Positions 39,401 through 52,500 of a stretch of 64,000 nt of DNA are shown piece after piece. The notes under the pieces were generated by a model that was not told the DNA's origin, did not search any database, and saw only the letters and a list, made by a program, of their open reading frames with translations. Position numbers and translations under genes: made by a program. The DNA comes from Podarcis liolepis (taxonomy: Eukaryota). Numbering within the stretch: the first letter of the stretch is position 1; every line of letters starts with the position of its first letter. The stretch is from NCBI GenBank assembly GCA_965112155.1, contig OZ218107.1. One strand, given 5' to 3'.

Positions 39401-42400
39401 CAAATTGACTTGTTCCAGTTTTTGACTTATATCTTGCCTAGCTCTTTCTTCAATCTCTCTCTTGTACTGCTCAATTTGACTGAGGTCCATCATATTGTCC
39501 TGTATATGGCGTTTGAGATTAGTTATTTCTTCTTCTAGCTGCTGTTTGCTTCTCTCCAGTAATTTCATGGAAGACAACTGATCACGTAGTTCACAATTTG
39601 TAGATTCCACCTGAACACGTCTCGCTGACTCAACCTCCAACTGTTGAGAAAGTTCAGCAAGAACTCAAACAGGGAACTAAGACTTCTTCAAAATAAAATA
39701 AATCAAGAAAAGTTTACATAAGTTCACAAGAATAGTGCTGACATTTAACTCTGTAGCAATAAATGATATATTGAGGATTCGGTTACAGACCTAGGGAGAC
39801 GTAGGTTGAGGAAACTGACTATGTGCTTTTAACAAGGAATGCATTATTGTTGAACAAATGGACTAAAACATTTGAAAATACTATTTAATACAATCACTTA
39901 TGAAAAATGATTACTTTAGAAAATGTTTTAATTGTATTAAAGCAAGAGGGAAATATACCTTGGTTCTTAGGTTGCTAACTTCCATCTCAGCATTAGAGAA
40001 TCTGTTCTTCATTTCTCCATGTATAGTAGTAAGAGATGAACTCTCTAGACTCTCATATTCTTTTATCTTCTTTTTAGCTGTTTTTAGAAACTTTTTAACT
40101 CTAAAGAGTAATATTATAGAAATCACATTAAACACTGATGAGAAAACCTGGATTATAGTTTAACTCAAATTGCTTAAAAAATTCAAGAGATCTTTCTCTC
40201 TCTTTCATTACTCCAGCAGAAACATAGTCTTCATGGCTGAATATACAAGAGAACTGAAAGTAGAATGGTTTGTTCCTTCCAAAGCATGTAGGCTCAATTT
40301 CAGTTCCAAAATTAGGCAAACTCAAATGGACTTACTGTATTTTTTGCACCATAACACTCACTTTTTTCCTCCTAAAAAGTAAGGGGAAATGTCTGTGCGT
40401 GTTATGGAGGGAATGCCTACGGGTGGCATGCCTACAGATTTTCCTCCTCTAAAAACTACGTGCGTGTTATGGTCGGGTGCGTGTTATAGAGCGAAAAATA
40501 CAGTAGTTATTTCACAATATAGGTAACTGGACTACTTAGCAAATGTGCACATCCATTTGATGGACTGCACTGGTGAAGCAGGCAAGTCAGCCTTTGGTAA
40601 TGACAACAGCACTGCCATAGAAGACATTATTTCTCCCTTTCCAGGTCCCTGTCTTCTGTAGTGCTGCCACTTTTACTTTCACTCACCCAGCCACAGGATC
40701 TTTGGTCACTGCTTACCCTGAGATACAATAACTATTTCATCCCTTGACACCACAGGGTCTTCATGTTGCACACACTGTGGGTCCATGCACAGTAAAGCAG
40801 TGGTGGGGGAGCAGACAGAAAACAAACACAAGGGGACATGTACTGGGATCAGTTTAGGCTACAACTGATTACAGATGAAACAGGTTTAGTGCAGGCACTG
40901 GCATGTATCTAATCAGCCTGTCTGCTGTTGGATGGACAAATGGTGAAAACTGCTTCTGGTGAATCCAGAAGCTGGCAGGGCCAGCACCCAAGTCAGTCAT
41001 CTGGACAGGAAGTGCTGTCCTGCAAGGTCCCACCCCCAACCTGCTGTGACTAAGGATTCAGCGCAATGTCTCTTCTGCCCTCAAAGTTGTGACAACTGCA
41101 ATGAGATATGCAAAACCCGCAGATTTAGACAATTTGCCTGCGGGACAAATTCCTCCCTGGCCCTAAAAAAATCAATGACTGACAACTATTCAGAGCAAGA
41201 TCTGAAACTAGGGTAACCCTGGGCAACCCTGAAATTAAGGAGGGTGGGAGGGGAACTCCAGTAAAGACTGCAGGGGCAATTTTACCACTTACTTCTTGAC
41301 TGCATTGCAATTGGTTAGACTAGATGACCCTCAGGATCCCTTCAACTCTACGATTCTATGATCTTTTATTCCCCCAAAGCAGACCGGTATTGGTGAAGTT
41401 TTCACCCAGAACTCCTCTGAGGCCCCACTCCCCAGAAGTACTGACTGGCTCTTGGGGTCTTGTGAGTTTCCGCTGGCCTCAGGCACAGCCATAAAAGGCA
41501 GAAAACTATACCTCCATTGCTCAGCAAGCTCACCTCGCTCCCACTTCCACACAACTGCTGCTCCCAATTAAACAGTGGAAAGATAATTCTTTACAGTTCA
41601 AGAGGGTGCAGGGCACTAAATGCAAAGTAAAATACTCAACAGAAGCAGGGCACTGCCTTTTAAATGAATGATTACTTTCAACAGGGTAATGTTAAAAGTA
41701 TTTCTAACAGGATTTCTATAAAACCAAAGCATCCATTTATTATTAGCAGAACAATAGAAACTTCCTTACCCGCTGCATTCTTTTTGTAGTTCTATGTTTC
41801 TTTTCATTTCTTCTTCTAGCCGTGCTTCCACCGATTGCTTCAACTCCACTAACTTCCTCACTTTTTTCTTTTCATGCTCCAACTTCAAGAGAGTAAGCAC
41901 AACATCTTTACACTAACACTGTTCGTTAACATTTAAGAAACACATCAATCTGGGCATGCAAGTGCCCTTCTGATCACAGAAAGAATGTTTTGCCTCCTGT
42001 GCTCAAGTGCTAACTGAGAAACAGAAAACAAAATGCAAAGATATTCCTCTGATTGGGAAAATTCCCATTTCCCCACAATCTCCAGAAGTTTGATTGCTAA
42101 GCAGACCATGTTCCTCTTTCTCAGAGGAAGACCCCCAGAGATAGGGAGAAGGTGTGGAGAGGCCACAAATACAGTTCCGGGTAAAAGCTACTTCTGAGAC
42201 GTGTTCTGATGTTACGTTCCACCATCTGTCCCACTACCTGGTTTAGGCAGCTTCCTACTGGTAGGGAGGGAAGCATCAGAACTGGTTCCTAGAAGTCTTT
42301 GACAGGATGGACTAACCAAACTTTGATACTGTTGCTGTCTCTTGGCTTCACTTCAGCTTTCAGACCAAGTGGGATGAGAGGACCAAAAATTCCATCCACT

Positions 42401-45400
42401 TGCCTTAGGCAGTGGAACTGAAAGGACTGGGGGGACTGGTACCACTGGAAAGACTTCTGAAAGGAATGTTGATCATCCTTCTTTCAGGCCGTTTAAAACA
42501 CCTTCTTCTTATCTTTAGATTCAACCAGCAAGTCCTGGAGAGCTGTGCCACCAAAGATCTTGCTACAGAACCTACCATAGCTAAATCTGAGTGAGAAGTG
42601 TTATCAACATCCAATGCAGCACCTGCTAAAAAGGCAACGGCCTGGAAAACATTCAGTATAGCTTTGCAGACTCTGGTGGGCTCTTGGGTGTATGCCAGAC
42701 CCACCCACAGATGGACAGCAAACCTACACATTGAGAACTAGTGGAGGGATAGACCTGAAATACAGGCTTTTCAGGTCTATCCAGGCCTCACTGCTCAATT
42801 GCCAGCCAGAAAAAGTTAAAAAACTGTTCTCTGATGCTGGTTATATATATTTGTTTACTCATTGAGAGCTTTTACTTTGAGACTACCCCCCAAAGGAGGT
42901 GCCCATTTGAGGTTGGCTACAAAAAACAATATTTAGGTTTGTATTTTTTGTGAACTTACTTGCAATGATTCACAAAAAAATATAATGGGTGATTACAAGG
43001 ATTCAAGCATATTTGTTAGGCGCCAGGCAAAAAAATTCCTTTTCCTCTAGGCTTTCGGCTAGTTAAACAATCTATGGCCTTTAAAACTTTTTTGGGAGTA
43101 TTATTATTTTTAATTACAGTGGTGCCTCGCAAGATGAAATTAATTCGTTCCGTGAGTTTTTTCGTCTAGCGAATTTTTTGTCTTGTGAAGCACGGTGTCG
43201 GAAAAGTTTTGGAAAAGCTTCAAAAATCGCCAAAAACCTCAAAAAAGGCTACCACACCGCGTTCTATGAGTTGCTCCTCGAAGTCAAGTCGCAACTGTAT
43301 TAAGGGTGTTAAGAAAAAGGAAACAAACTTGCAAAAAACGCAAGACGTTTTCGTCTTGCGAAGCAAGCCCATAGGGAAATTCGTCTTGCAAAGCAGCTCA
43401 AAAAACGCAAAACCCTTTCGTCTAGCGAGTTTTTCGTCTTGCGAGGCATTCGTCTTGCGGGGCACCACTGTATAATTGGATGACATTTAATAAATAACTA
43501 AATAAAATTACTTGGGAGGTACCTAATGTTTACTCTGAGTAACACAGAACACAGAACAGCTTGACACAGGCTTAACTGCATTCACACTGGACTCACCTGA
43601 GCCATTAGCTCTGTCTTTTCCTTCTCAAGCTCAGAAAGGCGAGCTTCAAGTTTTGATTTTGACTTTACTTCTTCTTCCCACATACTTTGAGTATCTTGTG
43701 CTGTTGCTGAAAATATGGTTTGCGTTTGGACCTATGGAGCAATCAGAATGTGTTTTGATGAAGAACTATCACAGAAAAAGCCATCCAGGCATTTATATAA
43801 AAATATAGACTCCATTAGGTTGTCACAGAGCCAACTACCAAGCCATAATTTGGCGATGGGGCAGTAACCACAGGCTTGCTTGCTCACTTCTTAATTTCCA
43901 CACCCCCACCAGCCCTTGGTACATATACTCCTCCTCCAATGCTTTGCTACCATTTGCTACAATGCTTGAATTAGGCAAACTGTGGTTACCACTAATTGTA
44001 GTTTCCCTCAAAAACAGGTATTGAAATCCACTTAAACAATTGTATCAGTCCTTTTTGCATCACAACTGAGAAGAGTAATTTGCTACATACATTTTAAATA
44101 TAAATTATTATTAAAATTATACATAAAAATTATATGTAATCATCATTATTATTTAATTATGATGATGATGGAGTAAGAAATAAAGTATTATTTTCAGCCT
44201 TATGAACCAAATTCTGTTTAATCTTCGGAATAAATATTTAAAGACTTGAGGTGATATTCAACAAAATCAAACACAGAGGACACCCATTAAAATCAATTGA
44301 CTTGATACATTAATTTCAGTGGGCCTGCTTTGTGCGTGATTAAGGTTGGCTATCACCCTTTGCCTTCAATCTACCAGCTGAAAGCTAGTTTTATTATTCA
44401 CCAGTGATTTCTGTCACATTTAAACTTTCCCTGTTTGAATTCTATGTAGAAGACACTGACTGCAACTTACAAACATTTAGCTTATGCCCATTGAGCTGTA
44501 TGCACTTAGCAAAAAATATATATAATTTAAAAGGGGGTAGAAAGGGTGTTGGTGTCTGGGAAAAAAGACTTTGGCAATCCCACTTGCCTTTGAACCCAAT
44601 GAATGTTGACTATATGCGATTTTGGCTTTACACGCTATCCCCGGAACATAACCCCCATGGAAGGTGAGTGTCACCTGAATAATCACTTTCCTTCTCCACA
44701 TCCCCAGTTGAACATCTTTGAGCCCATGAAAGCACAACTTGGGCCAGCTATCAGTTGACTCCATCTGTGCCTTTAAAGCTTTCCCTTCTCAAGTGGGGAG
44801 GTAGTCCAGAAGAGGAAACCTGCCCTACTTGAGGAAGGACAGGTGTGCTCCTTTCCTTTCTTCTTCTAAGTGATTTCATACCTGACACATCTTTCTTTCT
44901 GTTTAGGGTTACTGTCTTTCTGCTTTCTTAAGATTTTGCTTTTTTAAGTTCTTTTAGAATCTCATGGTTCCCCCAAGCCTGCTGATATATCTTCCTCTTG
45001 TCTGTAAGTGGTGCCATTTTGAGTGTGCAAGGATCAACATTTATCCCTCACCTTGGGATAGTCACAAGGTACTCTGCATGCTAATTTTCATAATTTTAAA
45101 ACAGAAAACCCCCCATATTTCACTTCTATCCTATGAGCATGTATACTCACAGACAAATCATCAGCACATTAGAAATCTTTACCGCACCTGTTGCTTTAGT
45201 TGCTCCTCTAAATTGACTTTTGCTCTTTGTAAACCATTTATCAATTCCTCAAGACGACTGTGAATCTATTTTTTCAAAAAAAGAAACCAAAAATTAAATT
45301 ATTAAGCTAAACTGAAATAGTTCTCTCCAGATATCTTGAAGCTACTACATTCATTTCAATAACATTGAATTAACCTGATTAAAGTTTTTGAAGGTGACCT

Positions 45401-46554
45401 AAAATATTAACAGATATTTGAATGCTCTCATAACATTACTTTGCTCCTACATAATTTATAACAGATTACTGTTTGTGGAATGCTCTCCCCAGGAAGGCCC
45501 GCCTACCACCACCAATATATATATCTTTAGGTGCCAGGCAAAAGCTTTGCTCTATTACCAGGCCTTTGGCCTTTAACTATGTGGGGCCTTTTAGGACTTT
45601 TATAATGTATTTCTTTTCTACCTTGGTTTCAATGTATCTATGTGGAATTTTTCCTTTCTGTCCTTTTAAGTTGTTTTGGGTTGCTCTGGGCAAGATAAAG
45701 TGACAAATAAATTTAATTTATAATAATAATAATAAACTGACAGCTGCTGGAATCATCTAGAAACAATCTTCCTACCCATCACCCTCTCCTTTCCCAATCC
45801 TACTGATGACTTACAGAGACACTATTCTGCAGGTCCTTTTGAAGTATCTCAATTCGACCAGCTTGTTGAGCAGCTGTTGCTTCCAGTCTGGCATTTTCTA
45901 TTTCAAGACTTAAAGGGAATAAATAAAAAAAAACCAAAGTCTCAAGACAACACATAATAAATATATATATATTCTATATACATTTGAGTGTAAGTTTCCA
46001 CAGCAAATACAATTCAGTAAACAGTGCTATTTGATAACATTATCATTTGATACATAGCAGCTCTTCATTTCAACACATGCTTAAAATACAATGTCCACAC
46101 AGTGGCAGTATATTTTACCTCTGTATATGGTCTTCTAATTGTTTTTTAGAATTAATTGTTCCTGTTAACTCTACCACCAGATCTTGTAATTTTTGTTCCT
46201 TGTCACTCAAAGTATTTTTAAATTCATGAATATGTCTTTCAGACTGAAGATGTTGCTCTTCTGACTCCTGCAACTGTAAAAACAAAGAAACCGCAACAGA
46301 ACATGATTGGCTAAAGGGGCTTGGTAATATGATAATCATGTTTCCAGTTGACTATAGAACTAGAACAAAGTTGCTATGAAGTGAGAGAAAGAAGGTAATT
46401 TCGTCTCTGAAGCCACTAGCAGCAATTATTTATTAATTCTGCATGTCAGGTCTACCAAAGTCACTAAGTGGTGCCCCCAATCTCCAATTCTAACAGATAT
46501 GCCAAGAGGATGCCAAGAGGATGCCCTTGGAAGCTCCAGGAGAACCAAGAGGTT

Positions 46555-46585
<31 letters not shown>

Positions 46586-49500
46586 CGGCTATTAGCCCAT
46601 AAAGTATGTACAAACATAAAAGCACAGAGGCATAAAGACCGATATATTCGGCACCGGAAGGTGAAAACCAAAAGGTGAACACCATGATGCAGGGGTGGGT
46701 CATTGAGCAGAGCCAGATAACAGCTTGGGGCCCGGATAGCTCCAAGGGACGGATCCCAGAAAAAGGAAAACTGAAGACGAGATCCGACATGCACTCTCTT
46801 CAAAACTGTCCGATTAGTTTTTGATGTTGTTGTTGTTTTTGTGTGTGAGATAACCGCATTCAGGAATCTCGCCACCTGCAGAGTTACAGAAGGATCTGTA
46901 TCCTGCAAAAGTAGTGCGGCATGTGACTCAACAGGCCTGCCAACCAAGCGCAGTAAAGCAGGACCCAGGAATTTAGTCCTGGCTATGCTATGTAGGGGAC
47001 AGTTGAACATTATATGTGGGAGAGAATCAACAGTTTTCCCGTCACACATGCATAGCGGAGACACCAAACCCTTGGAAAATCTGTGGCTCAGCAGGTTCGA
47101 TGGAAGGACATTGAACCTTGCACGAATAAATGCAAGTCGGTGTGGTACAGATGAAAGAGATGACATGTACGATGGAAGGCCAAGTGGTGGGGTTATTCCG
47201 TGATACCTGGGGGAGCAGACACCCCCACCCCCGGCGAGGTTGTGTTGATTTTCAATGTCTGCTATCTTTGCTCAATAAGGCTTTTGGCTGAGCGTAAGTT
47301 CATCTTTAAGGAGTCCGCTGGAGAAATTCCGATGCTCAGAAGTTTGGCATGGATTTTTCCTACCCACGGATTGACAAAGTCGTCCCGCCAGAGGCACTGA
47401 ACAAGGTAATGGTTGGGAAGCCTATGCCAGCTGGACAGCCAATAACCAAAGACTCGCTTCCAGATGACAGTCTCCAATGATGCAATCCTTAACTCCAGAC
47501 GTATGGCTGCGTTGCTCACACACATGGGGAGTTTCAGGAGGCGACGGAGAAACTGATTCTGCAATGTCCCCAACGATGTTAAATTGGACCCTGGGGCCCA
47601 GAGCGGGGCGAACCAAGAGGTTTGCAGCTCCTCTATGTCTCCCCTGGCTATACAGATCAGCTTTAAAATACCTACACCAGATGGAATGAAATGAAATCTA
47701 GTCTCTTCATATCTATGGCACAACCCTTTTGAATCTCTATTTCAAGCGAGATTGGTTATATAAAGGTACAAACATTGTTGAAATTAAATCCATCTCCATT
47801 CATACATGCCACTATTCTGCCTCAAAACGAGGATTTTAAAAAGCGAATAATGGGCTGAAGACATATTAGTCAACATTTAATAAACTATTTTAATCATACC
47901 TTGAATTTCATCCTGTCTATCTCCTTTTGAAGATGTTGCTTATCCTCTTCTAGGTCAATACGATAACGTGTAGAAACTTCCAGTGAAGCTTCTGACATGG
48001 ACTGTTTTTTAAGAGAATCTGCAAGTTCTTGTTTAAGTTGCCTTATTGTACCCTAAGAAAAGAAAAAGCGATTTAAATGATGCCTATAGATTGTAGAGAA
48101 ATTTTTGCAGAATACCATCTGCAGTGTTTCCTAAAATCTCCAAAGTACCCCAAAGTGCTTCAGAGGATCCTTCTTCAGTTCAGGGTGATTCAGCAAGATC
48201 CTGCTTTGAAGCCAAGAAGCCCTGAATCTCTCTGAAATAGCCCCACTTTAGTTCTCAAGTCATGATTCATACAAAACTCTTGCACCTGGCAATAGATTTT
48301 CTTTCAGACTAAATACCAACTGAAATTTCGGACAGCGCATGCCGATTGCTTCTAGCTAGCACTCATTCCTATTTATTCCGAATGTAAAGATTTAAAAAGG
48401 GACTTCTCCAAGTGTTTTAAATACACAAACTGGTTGTAAATGCAGTTCCCCTTTGTAGTATATTCCACAGTATTATATGGTGTGCAATTTTAGCATCTGA
48501 GGATAAGGCTCATTCAGAAGACAATTGCAGAAAAATTCTCTATATCAAACCATAGTACTGCTAGGTGTAAATAGAGATTTGTTAATGCAATCACACTTTT
48601 GCTAGTGGCTAAGAGAATTGCATCACTTGTATTTTAATGTTTAGAGATGCACTGATTGAATATATCACACTTACCTCTCTATCTGCTTTTTCTGCTTCAT
48701 ATTTCAAGACTTCCTCCTTCAAATTATTGCATTTTGCAATTAATTCCTTATTTACCTCTTCCTTCATCTGCACTTGTTTTTCGGTATCAGCTCTGAGTTT
48801 ATTGAAAATATCATTGAATCGATCTTGAACATCACTCACTACTTTTTCTTTGATAATACCCTTGTTTTGAAAATCTTCAAATTGCTGCCGGAGTAGAAGA
48901 TTTTCACTCTGGAGCTGCGCTAATCGTTCCTGCATAGATTCCTGTTTTACCACATATTTGTTCATTTGCTCCTTGTCAACTTGCCGTGTATTCTCAAGTT
49001 CCTTCACTAGAGATTGTGCCTGATTTAAATCCCTTTGAACGCTTTCTAATTGCATGCTTTTTTCTCTAAGACTATGTGTTACCTGATGAAGTTCGTGTTC
49101 GAGACTATTAGCTTTACTTTCAGCTTTTCTTAATTGCTCAGACATGCCACTGTTTGTTTCTCGTAGATGACATAGATCATGGTTCAGTTTCTCTTTCAAG
49201 CGAAGCCATTCATCGCACTCTCGTTGCAGTGTTCGTTCAAGATCATTTTTCAATATCTGGCATCGTTCAAGTTCCTGAGCAGCAGAAGTCGAGCGGGAAC
49301 GAACTGAGTCAAGTTCTCCCTCCAATCTTTCTTTATTTTCTTTAAAATGTTCTAATTTGGATGTTAGGATTGCAACTTCTGTTTTTGATAAATTTATTTG
49401 CCCATTGTACTGAAACATTGTTTGAGTCAAAGTTTCTTCATTTACTTTCAGCTCCTTTTTAAGTTCTTCTATTTTTTCTTTCAAAGCTTCATTTTCTTCC

Positions 49501-52500
49501 AAATATCTAGTTTCCTCTTCCTGGTGCTTGACCCTTATGTGTTCAAGCTCTAATCTTAACACCGTTAGTTCATCTTCGAGCACTCGATTTTTATTTAACA
49601 GTTCCTTTTCTTGGGCATGATTATCAGTCATCTGAATGATTTATAAACATAAGGTAAAGTTAATTAAGAAATCCTCCAAAATTCTTTTATTTTCCTCATT
49701 ATTATCATGGATCTATATACTTATTTATTTGATTTATATACCACCCTTCATTTGAGGATCACAGGGCAGATTATAGGATAAAACCACAAAAAATAAATAG
49801 CATAATAACAAACAAAACAATACCCCCACCAGCTTTAAATAGCTAAAGGCTTGGGAGAAGAGGAATGTTTTTGCCTGGCACCTAAAGATATGTAATGATG
49901 GCACCAGGCAAGCCTCCCTGGGGAGGGCATTCCACAAATAGGAAGCCACAGGGCAGCTGACATCTTTGATATCTACCACCTGGAACAGACAGGAAGCATA
50001 GTTGTTGCCATGCAAGATGTAAAAGGGGCTGCAATTACTTTGAGAGAACTGGTGATAACAGCCACCTTCAAGAACAGCATATGGAAAGAAACATGGCTCC
50101 TCTTACAGGTCCATGTTTTCTTTCCTATGCAGTGCTTGTTAAAGAAAGAGGAAGAAGAAAGACTAAAATAATTTGGTGGAGTGCAAATTCCAGAAGCAGG
50201 CCATAATCTGATCTGCACATTGGTTCAGGAGAGACCACTCTGGAGTCTGAACCTCTTCGAATTGCTTCCCAATCCCCCAATTCCCATCACCTATTGTACA
50301 CCTGGAAATACCTTGCGTACAGATATTAATCATGTTTAACTAAAGCTTATGCACAAACAATACAATCCACATGAAAGTGTGACAAATGAAGGACTTTAAA
50401 CACACCAAGAAACCGTAACTAGAACACAGTGAGCCCTTTGACATACCGTTTTGGCCTGAATATAAGCCTACGTTTTCCCCAAATTCTGACTGTGAAAAGT
50501 TAAAATGCGCCTTATATTTGTGACCTTACGGTATACAGCCGGGAGCGTGGCAAAGCAGCGTCTATCCCACGCGTACTCCCCCATCCTCTCCCCCAAGGCC
50601 AGGGAGAGAGCAAAGAAGGGGAAAGGCCGTCGGCAATGCAGCACGGCTCCCCCCATTGCCCAGTATGCATCCAGGAGCAGCAAGGAATGGAGCAGCTTAT
50701 ATTTGGGTATTTTCTCTCTCCCCTCCCTCCCAATTTTACAGGTGCGGCTTATATTCAGGCCAATACAGTATATCTAGGAGTGCAAGAATACATACTCACA
50801 CTTTAGAAATTTGCTGCAAGAAATCCCAGTGTAGTAAAAGTGAACTCAAAGCAAAAATTTACTGTCCCGCTGTGGGTTAAACCACAGAGCCTAGGACTTG
50901 CCGATCAGAAGGTTGGCAGTTCAAATCCCTGCAACGGGGTGAGCTCCCTTGCTCGGTCCCTGATCCTGCCCACCTAGCAGTTCAAAAGCACGTCAAAGTG
51001 CAAGTAGATAAATAGGTACCGCTCTGGTGGGAAGGTAAACGGCGTTTCTGTGCGCTGCTTTGGTTCGCCAGAAGCGGCTTAGTCATGCTGGCCACATGAC
51101 CCAGAAGCTGTATGCCGGCTCCCTCAGCCAATAAAGCGAGATGAGCACCACAACCCCAGAGTCGGTCATGACTGGACCTAATGGTCCAGTCTTTACCTAA
51201 GTTTATGGAAGTGTTCTGTGCTAGTGCGTCTTGGAAAAATATTTGTGCTTAGCTCTCTTACACTTTTAAGGATTTGATAAAATGGATACCTCTGACTGTA
51301 TAGCTGCTGTTTTTTTCAACTCTTCCTCTAATTCCTTCTGCCTCCAGAGGTGAGTATTTAAAATACCCTCTTGCAGAGCTCTGGCAGACTTTTCTTGTGA
51401 CAGCTGTTGCTGGGCTTCATTGCGTTCTTCTTCAATCTACAAAAATGCATTTAAAGATATCTAAAAGAACGATATACAATTTTTAAAAAACCACACATTT
51501 GAATTCAGAACACAGCTGTCCTTTAAAAAGAGACTAAAAGTGAAAACTTTTAGTAAAAACAGAAGTCACTGCACTGAATGTTATACGTAATGATTGTTTT
51601 TCCATGCATTTATTCTGTTTCTGGGATTAACAGAAATTAAGGTGAAATTCTCAATTTCTCATATTTTCTAAAGAGTATTCGTTTAAATTTTTTGAAGCAT
51701 CTTCTTTTATTTGATAAGAAAGGAGTTCAAAGTACATACTATTGTTGTAAGAACAGAAAGTACATGTTACCTTTTTTCAAAATACGTAAGCTGTGAAAAA
51801 ACCTAGAGCTTGCATATTAATTTTGAGTTTCTCATATTTCTGAACAAGCTTACCATTTGTCGAACAGCATTCACAAGGTCTTGCATTGCCTGAGGCGTTT
51901 CCTTGAAACTCAGATCTAATGCATTTGATGAGGAATTGATCCTCTCTAAAATGCTTTCTCTCACAGGAGGAATAGAAAAGGAAAGACTAGGAAGCAAGCT
52001 TCCATGATATCTACCAGATGTAAATTTTCTGCCCAATAGGTAAGTGCTAGAGTTGCCCCGAGGATAACTAGGAAATGAGGAAATCCACTCATGATTAGGT
52101 TGGTCAATTTTCTTCATTCTATTAAAATCAGAATACAGCTGGTAGCTTACCCCAGCCTGCATAGGCACCAGATAAAAATACTTCTACATATTCTGAATGC
52201 TGGTAATGACCAATTTTCAGTCATCAGATTTGGCAGATGACCAAACATTTTCAAATCATCTAAGTATTTTGCATTTTCTCACCCTACTAAAACATTTTGT
52301 TCAGTTTAACATACCACCTAGAAGCAAGAAACTTAAAAACTATTTGTGAAAGGAAATTCAGACTCAAGGTATCAAGCAAATAAGGAGTAACAAAAAGTCC
52401 TTAAGTATGCTGCTTCTTCAGAATCAAAAGGAAACGGAAAGGGTCAAAAATATTTAAAACTGAACTCAAACGAGGAGAATGCATACTGTTTTAAACAGTG

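Noticed and set aside
43117-43470. Repeated ttcgtcttgcg units resembling an array
   Set aside because: These are subterminal repeats of a MITE with irregular spacing, not a CRISPR array; the sequence is eukaryotic.
51803-52168. 121-aa minus-strand ORF inside an ANKRD26 intron
   Set aside because: It is not needed for frame, has no ANKRD26-like motifs or convincing splice pair, and is probably a decayed repeat.
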